Notes under the pieces: generated by a model
Seen by the model: the letters and a program-made list of their open reading frames with translations, nothing else
What the model was told of the DNA's origin: nothing
Database searches by the model: none
Source: an uncultured Thiotrichales bacterium
GTDB lineage: Bacteria; Pseudomonadota; Gammaproteobacteria; UWMA-0217
Reading direction: 5' to 3'
Assembly (NCBI GenBank): GCA_964613895.1
Contig: CAZTJP010000001.1
Coordinates: forward strand, 5,386 to 69,385
Length of the DNA stretch: 64,000 nt
Shown here: piece after piece, positions 57,910 to 64,000 of the stretch
How positions within the stretch are numbered: position 1 is the stretch's first letter
Layout of the letters: the number at the start of each line of letters is the position of its first letter
Position numbers and translations under genes: made by a program

Positions 57910-58239
57910 TCAGTCGTCCTGCAGACAATCGCGCAGGTCGTCGAGCGTATAGAACTCGGAACCACGCATGAAACCGGCATGAATGGTGTCCAGCAGTTCG
58001 AGTGCTCTGCCCTGGTCATCCCAGCTTTTCACCCACTCGATTGGCAGGTTGTCGAGGTTATGGGCAAGCGCAATGCTGCCGTCATCATTGATGGCAAGAT
58101 GCGTTTCCCCATCAGCCCCGTTTTTGAATGCCGGCAGAAATCCGAAACACAGATTTCCGAAGCTGACTCCCGGCATTTTGTCGAACAGCTTGCGCTGCTC
58201 CAGAACTTCAGGCGTTCCGATCAACATGGATTCCTCCAC
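57910..58239 (-). CDS. hypothetical protein (109 aa, acidic, no recognised domain)
   Basis: ORF with a dedicated terminator downstream and repeat C upstream; MEESMLIGTPEVLEQRKLFDKMPGVSFGNLCFGFLPAFKNGADGETHLAINDDG... Confidence 0.5.
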   Translation of the reverse strand: MEESMLIGTPEVLEQRKLFDKMPGVSFGNLCFGFLPAFKNGADGETHLAINDDGSIALAHNLDNLPIEWVKSWDDQGRALELLDTIHAGFMRGSEFYTLDDLRDCLQDD

Positions 58240-58288
58240 AGGTGTTGTTGTTCTTGTTGTATCCCTGTGCCATCCATTGGCCCGAGCA

Positions 58289-58380
58289 AGCCCGAATTTC
58301 TCACAGAGTCACGACTGCGGCCACCCAACGCGGCGCGCTGACTGGCGCGGCTCGCTACGCAACTGTGAGAAATCCGGGCT
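58289..58380. repeat. intergenic repeat family member C, intact copy bounded by 18-bp terminal inverted repeats
   Basis: AGCCCGAATTTCTCACAG (58289-58306) and its near-perfect reverse complement CTGTGAGAAATCCGGGCT (58363-58380) flank a 56-bp GC-rich core. Homologous to copies at 47945-48095 and 50812-50900. Confidence 0.55.
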
Positions 58381-58624
58381 ATCCGGATCCAGTTCACGCC
58401 AGGAATCGTGGATTCGCGGGCGTGATGCCATGATCGGTAAGGATCATTTACGTTAGGATGCTATCGACCCGGCAGGCGGATTCTTTAGGGCGGAAAGCGG
58501 CGTGACCGGACGCGTAGCGAATTTTTGGAGACGCATCGGGGTTTGCTGTCAGTGTTCAGGCAGGATTCAGTCGTCGCTTGTAGGCTGCTGCCGGCCGGAT
58601 TGTCATAGGCAACAACGCCCGAGT

Positions 58625-59467
58625 ATGTCAGTCTTGCCATTTCCTGGAACGGAACGCGTTATGGATGCCCACATCGTTATCGACAATCTGACCTTCAGTC
58701 GCGGTGAGCGCAAGATCTTCGACGGCCTGTCGTTGACCATTCCGCGTGGTGGCGTCACCGCGATCATGGGACCAAGCGGTACCGGCAAGACCACGCTGCT
58801 GAAATTGATTGGCGGACAACTGGTGCCGGACAGTGGCAGCGTGTCGGTTGACGGTGAAGTGGTACATGAGCTCTCGCGCACCCGTTTGTACCAGTTGCGT
58901 CGCCGTATGGGCATGTTGTTCCAGAGCGGTGCGCTGTTGACCGATTTGAATGTGTTTGAAAACGTTGCCTTCCCGTTGCGCGAGCACACCCGGCTGAGCG
59001 AGGACATGCTGCGCTCACTGGTGCTGATGAAACTGCAAGCCGTGGGGCTGCGGGGTGCCATCGATCTGATGCCGGCCGAGCTGTCGGGTGGCATGGCGCG
59101 GCGCGTGGCGCTGGCGCGCTCCATCGCGCTGGATCCGGACTTGATGATGTATGACGAACCTTTCACCGGCCTCGATCCGATCACCATGGGCACGATCGTG
59201 ACCTTGCTCAAGCGGCTCAATGAGTCGCTGGACATGACCAGTCTGGTGGTGACTCACGACATTCAGGAGACGCTGGAGATCGCCGATTACGTCTATCTGA
59301 TCGCCAATGGCAAAGTGGTCGAAGGCGGCACGCCCGATACGCTATCCGCCTCCGGTTCCGCCTGGGTGCAACAGTTTCTGCAAGGCAAGCCGGATGGCCC
59401 GGCGCCATTCCACTTTCCGGCCCCCGATTATCGCAGCGATTTGCTGGGAGGGCGGGTCGATGCTTGA
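58625..59467 (+). CDS. mlaF: phospholipid ABC transporter ATP-binding protein MlaF
   Basis: [49 protein letters not shown] matches E. coli MlaF ([44 protein letters not shown]); alternative start at 58661. Confidence 0.85.
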   Translation: MSVLPFPGTERVMDAHIVIDNLTFSRGERKIFDGLSLTIPRGGVTAIMGPSGTGKTTLLKLIGGQLVPDSGSVSVDGEVVHELSRTRLYQLRRRMGMLFQSGALLTDLNVFENVAFPLREHTRLSEDMLRSLVLMKLQAVGLRGAIDLMPAELSGGMARRVALARSIALDPDLMMYDEPFTGLDPITMGTIVTLLKRLNESLDMTSLVVTHDIQETLEIADYVYLIANGKVVEGGTPDTLSASGSAWVQQFLQGKPDGPAPFHFPAPDYRSDLLGGRVDA

Positions 59468-60236
59468 CGGTATTGCCTGGCTGGGTCGCGTGACTCTGGA
59501 CTTTCTGCAACGCCTGGGGCGCGGTCTGATGTTTCTGCTATCGACCCTGGCCGGATTGCCCGGGCTGATCTGGCGGCCGGCGCTGGTCGTCAAGGAAGTC
59601 TATTCCGTCGGGGTGATGTCGTTGCTGATCATCCTGGTATCCGGTTTGTTCGTGGGCATGGTGCTGGGTCTGCAAGGCTATATCACCCTGTCGAAATTCG
59701 GCGCCGAGGAGTCTCTGGGCGTGGTGGTGGCGATGTCGCTGGTGCGTGAGCTGGGGCCAGTGGTCACAGCTTTGTTGTTCGCGGGTCGGGCCGGATCGGC
59801 GTTGACTGCGGAAATCGGCCTGATGAAGAGCACCGAACAACTGTCCGGCATGGAAATGATGGCAGTCGATCCGGTGCATCGAGTGATCGCACCCCGGTTT
59901 CTGGCAGGATTCATCGCTATGCCGCTGCTGGCCGCGATGTTCAGCGCCATTGGTATCTATGGCGGTTACCTGGTGGGCAACGGCATGTTGGGCGTCGATG
60001 AAGGTGCCTTTTGGTCACAGATGCAATCAGCGGTGGATTGGCGTGAAGACATTCTCAATGGCGTGATCAAGAGTATCGTTTTCGGCTTCGTGGTCACCTG
60101 GATCGCAGTCTTCGAAGGTTATGATGCCGTACCGACCTCCGAAGGCGTCAGTCAGGCGACGACTCGCACCGTGGTGCATGCCGCGCTGGCGGTGCTCGGC
60201 CTTGATTTTGTCCTGACGGGACTTATGTTCAGTTAG
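59460..60236 (+). CDS. mlaE: phospholipid ABC transporter permease MlaE
   Basis: [27 protein letters not shown]...; ATGCTTGA overlap with the mlaF stop; 5 TM. Confidence 0.88.
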   Translation: MLDGIAWLGRVTLDFLQRLGRGLMFLLSTLAGLPGLIWRPALVVKEVYSVGVMSLLIILVSGLFVGMVLGLQGYITLSKFGAEESLGVVVAMSLVRELGPVVTALLFAGRAGSALTAEIGLMKSTEQLSGMEMMAVDPVHRVIAPRFLAGFIAMPLLAAMFSAIGIYGGYLVGNGMLGVDEGAFWSQMQSAVDWREDILNGVIKSIVFGFVVTWIAVFEGYDAVPTSEGVSQATTRTVVHAALAVLGLDFVLTGLMFS

Positions 60237-60247
60237 CTGGAGAAATT

Positions 60248-60709
60248 ATGCGTACCACTCGTACACAGGAGATATGGGTTGGATTTTTCGTTGCGCTGGG
60301 AATCGCCGCGTTGTTCATGCTGGCGACCCGGGTGAGCAACTTTTCCAGCTACAGTGGTGGAGACCAGTACCATATCTATGTCTATTTCGACAATATCGGC
60401 GGCCTCAAGGTGCGTTCCCCGGTCACCCTGTCCGGCGTACGCGTCGGGCGCGTCAGCGCGATCAGCTACGACCCGGAAAACTTGCAGGCCAAGGTTCAAC
60501 TGGCAATCGACTCGAATATCGATTTCCTGACCACCGATACGCAGGCCAGTATCTATACAGCGGGCCTGTTGGGTGAACAGTATGTGTCATTGGAGCCCGG
60601 TGCCGAGGAGGAAACGCTCAAGGATGGGGATGAGATCATTCACTCCCAGTCGGCGGTCGTGCTGGAAGAGCTGATCGGACAGTTCATGGTCAAGATGACC
60701 TCGAAATAA
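60248..60709 (+). CDS. mlaD: MCE-domain substrate-binding protein MlaD
   Basis: N-terminal TM plus MCE domain (YHIYVYFDNIGGLKVRSPVTLSGVRVGRVSAISYD); GGAG upstream. Confidence 0.88.
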   Translation: MRTTRTQEIWVGFFVALGIAALFMLATRVSNFSSYSGGDQYHIYVYFDNIGGLKVRSPVTLSGVRVGRVSAISYDPENLQAKVQLAIDSNIDFLTTDTQASIYTAGLLGEQYVSLEPGAEEETLKDGDEIIHSQSAVVLEELIGQFMVKMTSK

Positions 60710-60737
60710 TCAGGCAATGTCAATCAGGAGAATTCCG

Positions 60738-61403
60738 ATGTTGAAAAGAATACTCGCGGTGTTGTTGATCGCACTTTGGGGGATGGCGCCGGCAATGGCC
60801 GATTCCCAATCATCCACCCGCATCCAGTCGCCGGATGCCATGCTGCAGGCAGCGACCAACAAGGCGCTCGAGGCGCTGAACAAGGATCATGGCGCTATTC
60901 GCAAGGACCTCAACAAGCTCTATGATTTGGTCGACCAACTGGTCATTCCGCTGGTGGATTTCGAGGCGATGAGCAAGCTGGTATTGGGCAAGCATTGGCG
61001 CAAGGCGACACCCGAACAGCGCAAGCGCTTCATGGATGTATTCGAGAAACTGCTCAAGTACACCTACACCCGCTCATTGCGTGACTATGCCAATCAGACG
61101 ATTCGTTATTTCCCCAACAAGACCCGCATCAGAGACCGCTATGCCTCGGTATATTCCGAGTTCATTCCCGGTCAGGGCAAGCCCAATGTGCCGGTCGTCT
61201 ACAAGCTGCGCAAGTCGAAAGACGGCAGCTGGAAGGCTTATAACCTGATCATTGATAATCTCAGCCTGGTCAAGAACTACCGCACGGATTTCGGTCGGGA
61301 AATCGAGGAAAAGGGGCTTGACAGTCTCATTGCCCGGCTTGAAAAAGAGCAAGAAGAGCAGAAGCGCAAGGCCGAAGCCGAATACGCAGGCACCAAGGGC
61401 TGA
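60738..61403 (+). CDS. mlaC: periplasmic phospholipid-binding protein MlaC
   Basis: AGGAG 7 nt upstream of ATG; signal peptide MLKRILAVLLIALWGMAPAMA; Tgt2/MlaC pattern (…FMDVFEKLLKYTYTRSL…). Confidence 0.85.
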   Translation: MLKRILAVLLIALWGMAPAMADSQSSTRIQSPDAMLQAATNKALEALNKDHGAIRKDLNKLYDLVDQLVIPLVDFEAMSKLVLGKHWRKATPEQRKRFMDVFEKLLKYTYTRSLRDYANQTIRYFPNKTRIRDRYASVYSEFIPGQGKPNVPVVYKLRKSKDGSWKAYNLIIDNLSLVKNYRTDFGREIEEKGLDSLIARLEKEQEEQKRKAEAEYAGTKG

Positions 61404-61408
61404 AGCGG

Positions 61409-61714
61409 ATGGCGCCGCCTACATTGACTCGAACCGGGCAAGGTGAATATCGCCTTGCCGGAGATGTCACGGTGTATACGGTTGCTGATCTTGCCTCCCA
61501 AGATATGGGGGGCGAGGGCGCGGTGCGTGAATGGTGCATCGATATGAGTGGTGTGGAGCGCGCCGACAGTGGCGCGTTGGCCTTGTTGATTCACTGGTAT
61601 CGGCGGGCACAGTCTGCTGGCATTGGCTTCCATGTCCGCGCCATGCCCCACGATCTGAACGGGCTGATGAAGCTCTATGATCTGGATAAGGTGTTGGGTG
61701 ACGTGGTTGCCTGA
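61409..61714 (+). CDS. mlaB: STAS-domain protein MlaB
   Basis: 101 aa with STAS-like features following mlaC, as in mlaFEDCB operons. Confidence 0.75.
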   Translation: MAPPTLTRTGQGEYRLAGDVTVYTVADLASQDMGGEGAVREWCIDMSGVERADSGALALLIHWYRRAQSAGIGFHVRAMPHDLNGLMKLYDLDKVLGDVVA

Positions 61715-61888
61715 ACGTAACGACTCTGAGCAGTCACTCGCGGGAGGGCAAATAAAAACCCATTGCGCCAACTGAATCCGTGTCAGCGCGCCGGGACGCT
61801 TGCTGCTTGCTGCTGCAACAAAACTCGGTAGGGCCACGGCATTCCCGCCTTGGCCGGTTGTTACTTTCCGGGGATTTCTCCCAAGGGT

Positions 61889-62164
61889 TTAGAATACGTA
61901 AGCGTCGAGCAAGGCGGTCAGTGCCACGAAACCTGCCGCGCCGACCAGAATCCTGTTGGGGCATTTGAGAATCGAAATATCTTTCAGCATGCCAACAAGC
62001 CCCAGCAGTGAAAAAATAATGATGAATGAAATGGCGCCAGTCACTTGCGAGCCTGGAAGGGCGCCAAAAACCAGGGCCAATACCAGCGTGACCACCGCAC
62101 CGCCGATAATGGCCAGCAGCATGTGATTGGATTTGCTGCATTCGTTTGCGTTGAATAGAACCAT
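61889..62164 (-). CDS. small hydrophobic membrane protein, unknown function
   Basis: GGAGGAAG SD 6 nt upstream of the ATG; 91 aa with two to three predicted TM helices (LLAIIGGAVVTLVLALVFGAL, AISFIIIFSLLGLVGML). Confidence 0.5.
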   Translation of the reverse strand: MVLFNANECSKSNHMLLAIIGGAVVTLVLALVFGALPGSQVTGAISFIIIFSLLGLVGMLKDISILKCPNRILVGAAGFVALTALLDAYVF

Positions 62165-62600
62165 TTCAGTCTTCCTCCACAGATTGCATTCCGTCCTCGG
62201 ATAAATATTCGCAATCTGTAATATTATGATGTCCGAATTCTATCATGTTTCATTAACGACACAAACGATCGTTTGAAAATTTCGATGAAGTTAACATTTT
62301 GTGGCATTAATGCAACATTTGTTGTGATAGGCTTGGCTTTATTTCCCGTTTATCCTGGAAAATATACCGTTCATTGAGGTGGTATGTCAGTATGGTTTTT
62401 CAGTTCAAGGTGCCAAACTGCCGATGCCTGCCGTTGATGCCCACAATCACGCCGATCAGTGAGCCTTGCCTGCAATGTCCAGGGGAGTTGGGGGATAATA
62501 TTCACACGCGGGAACTTTTCTTGGCTCCCGATGATCAAAGGGACTGATGCCTTGACAGGATGTCTTGGTTTGAAACCCACCAGGCTACAGGGATAAGTGT

Positions 62601-63674
62601 ATGAAGCGTAAAGACGAGAAGGATCAGGACGACAAGCTTCCCGAAGACAGCGAGCCGGATTTGCTGGCTGAAACCGCTGAAAAGGGAATCGACGCATCGG
62701 TTGTACCGCTGTCCGAAATCTATCGGTATCTCAGCCAGTTCGCGGTTCAGCAGCAGGAGCGAGCCCGGACAGTGCCGCCGATCGATCTGTCCCTCAGGCG
62801 TTTTGGCGTCGTTTCGGGGCTTCGTCCGGTCGATTTTCGCGTCAATCAGTCGTTTTCCGATACGGGTTCGGAAGTCAGCTTGCTGTTTCGTTTGGTCAGG
62901 GATACGCCGGTCAATATCAGTTGTCAGGTCTCGGCCGGTGATGAAGACATCCCCGCCGCGTTGCGGCGTAACGGCATTGTGGTGTTGTCGTCACGGATCC
63001 GTACCGGCGAAGGCGGCCTTGGTGTGTTGTCGATGGAAGTCGCTCCCGATTTTCCGATCCGCGTTATCTTCAAGGGCATGTTGGGTTCGGAGCGTATCGT
63101 CATCGAAGCGACCAATGTCTGGTCGGTTGGCGAGCGAGTGTTTCAGATCGCTCCCGAGGAGATCGACTCATATTTTTTCGAGCTTCTCGGCAAGTTGTTG
63201 TCCTTCGAGAGCCGGGAGTTGATCGATCGACTGGAGGAGGCGCCACCCGAGTCGCTGGTCATACCGTCTCCCGGGGTGGAACAGACTGTCCAGACTGAAC
63301 CTGTATCTGCGAATATCCTCACCTTCGACCTCAGCCAACGCATCCGGCACAAGACGCTGCGGCTGATCTATCAGGGTGAGGAGTTCGTGTTCGACCGGAC
63401 GCACCCGGTCTGCCGCTTGGGGCGGCGCATGCCGGCGGATATACAGGTGCGCTCCCGGTTCGTTTCGCGAGAGCATGCGACGCTGATTCTGGAAAACCGC
63501 CAGTTCATGTTGCGTGACCACAGCAGCAATGGCACGTATGTACGACCGGAGGGCAAGCCGACCTATATGCTGCATCATGTCTCGCAGCGCCTCGAGGGGG
63601 TCGGCGTCATCAGTCTCGGAGAGGAGATCTCGCCTGGCAACCCGGATCTGATCTACTACGAAGTGGGTGAGTAA
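62601..63674 (+). CDS. FHA-domain protein with ~260-aa N-terminal region of unknown function
   Basis: C-terminal FHA: VCRLGRRMPADIQVRSRFVSREHATLILENRQFMLRDHSSNGTYV (G-R...S-R-x-H...D-x-S-S-N-G-T). N-terminal region has no recognisable motif. AGGGA SD before the ATG. Confidence 0.7.
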   Translation: MKRKDEKDQDDKLPEDSEPDLLAETAEKGIDASVVPLSEIYRYLSQFAVQQQERARTVPPIDLSLRRFGVVSGLRPVDFRVNQSFSDTGSEVSLLFRLVRDTPVNISCQVSAGDEDIPAALRRNGIVVLSSRIRTGEGGLGVLSMEVAPDFPIRVIFKGMLGSERIVIEATNVWSVGERVFQIAPEEIDSYFFELLGKLLSFESRELIDRLEEAPPESLVIPSPGVEQTVQTEPVSANILTFDLSQRIRHKTLRLIYQGEEFVFDRTHPVCRLGRRMPADIQVRSRFVSREHATLILENRQFMLRDHSSNGTYVRPEGKPTYMLHHVSQRLEGVGVISLGEEISPGNPDLIYYEVGE

Positions 63675-64000
63675 AATGCCGGCTCGCCTTCCGGGCGGGT
63701 CTTGAAACGCCGGTGAACCCACAGATATTGGGTCGGATACTGTCGGATGATGTCTTCCAGCACCTTGTTGGTGGTGGTCGCATCGGTCACATCATCGCCG
63801 CTGGGAAAAGACTCGAGCGCTGGCAGGATCCGAATCTCGAACCCCTTGTCCTCCGGCAGACGGATAGGAAAGAATGGCACCACCCGGGCGCCGGTTTTGG
63901 CAGCGATTCGGCCTGTGGTTGGCAAGGTGGCAGTGCGAATCCCAAAAAAATCGGCAAAAACGGTGTTCCGCTTGCCGAAGTCCTGGTCTGGCGCATACCA
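63656..64000 (-). CDS. lpxL: lipid A biosynthesis (Kdo)2-lipid IVA acyltransferase LpxL/LpxM family, 3' part (5' end beyond window)
   Basis: The reading frame is open to the window edge: WYAPDQDFGKRNTVFADFFGIRTATLPTTGRIAAKTGARVVPFFPIRLPEDKGFEIRILPALESFPSGDDVTDATTTNKVLEDIIRQYPTQYLWVHRRFKTRPEGEP matches the HtrB C-terminus (QYMWLHRRFKTRP). Confidence 0.8.
   Translation of the reverse strand, partial: WYAPDQDFGKRNTVFADFFGIRTATLPTTGRIAAKTGARVVPFFPIRLPEDKGFEIRILPALESFPSGDDVTDATTTNKVLEDIIRQYPTQYLWVHRRFKTRPEGEPAFYSPTS

Noticed and set aside
63168-63722. 184-aa minus-strand ORF
   Set aside because: Overlaps the FHA-domain gene in antisense; the FHA motif on the plus strand is convincing.

Overview
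This 64 kb window comes from a high-GC gammaproteobacterial chromosome; ZipA, the MlaFEDCB operon and the smc-zipA-ligA synteny support that placement. Positions 1-24,700 hold the conserved transcription/translation core on the + strand: rpoB (3' part), rpoC, the str operon (rpsL-rpsG-fusA-tuf) and the contiguous S10, spc and alpha operons ending in rpoA-rplQ with a clear intrinsic terminator. rpmJ is present in the sequence but below the ORF-track size cut-off. The rest is mixed housekeeping and accessory DNA.

A LysR regulator and a SAM-dependent methyltransferase follow the alpha-operon terminator. A minus-strand dxs-queD-folE2 operon comes next. An ~10 kb glycan-assembly island of the ABC-transporter-dependent type follows it: a secreted Ser/Thr-rich protein, a Wzm permease, two tandem Wzt ATPases each with its own C-terminal carbohydrate-binding domain, a 927-aa GT4-coiled-coil-GT4 glycosyltransferase, a paralogous single-domain GT, and an EptA/MCR-like phosphoethanolamine-transferase-fold membrane protein with a C-terminal extension. 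queF lies on the far side of the island from queD-folE2.

Downstream are smc-zipA-ligA, a SIMPL/DUF541 protein, a second divergent EF-G paralog behind a ~640 bp AT-rich leader, a MOSC protein, the pyruvate dehydrogenase operon aceE-aceF-lpd (the E3 carries an N-terminal lipoyl domain), an orphan minus-strand ORF, mlaFEDCB, a small membrane protein, a protein with a C-terminal FHA domain and an unrecognised N-terminal region, and the 3' end of lpxL.

Three copies of a ~90-150 bp repeat family with terminal inverted repeats (AGCCCGAATTTCTCACAG) sit in intergenic regions. No rRNA, tRNA or CRISPR array was seen. The glycan island is the most likely candidate for a previously undescribed system. 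All functional calls rest on reading the translations by eye; no searches were run.
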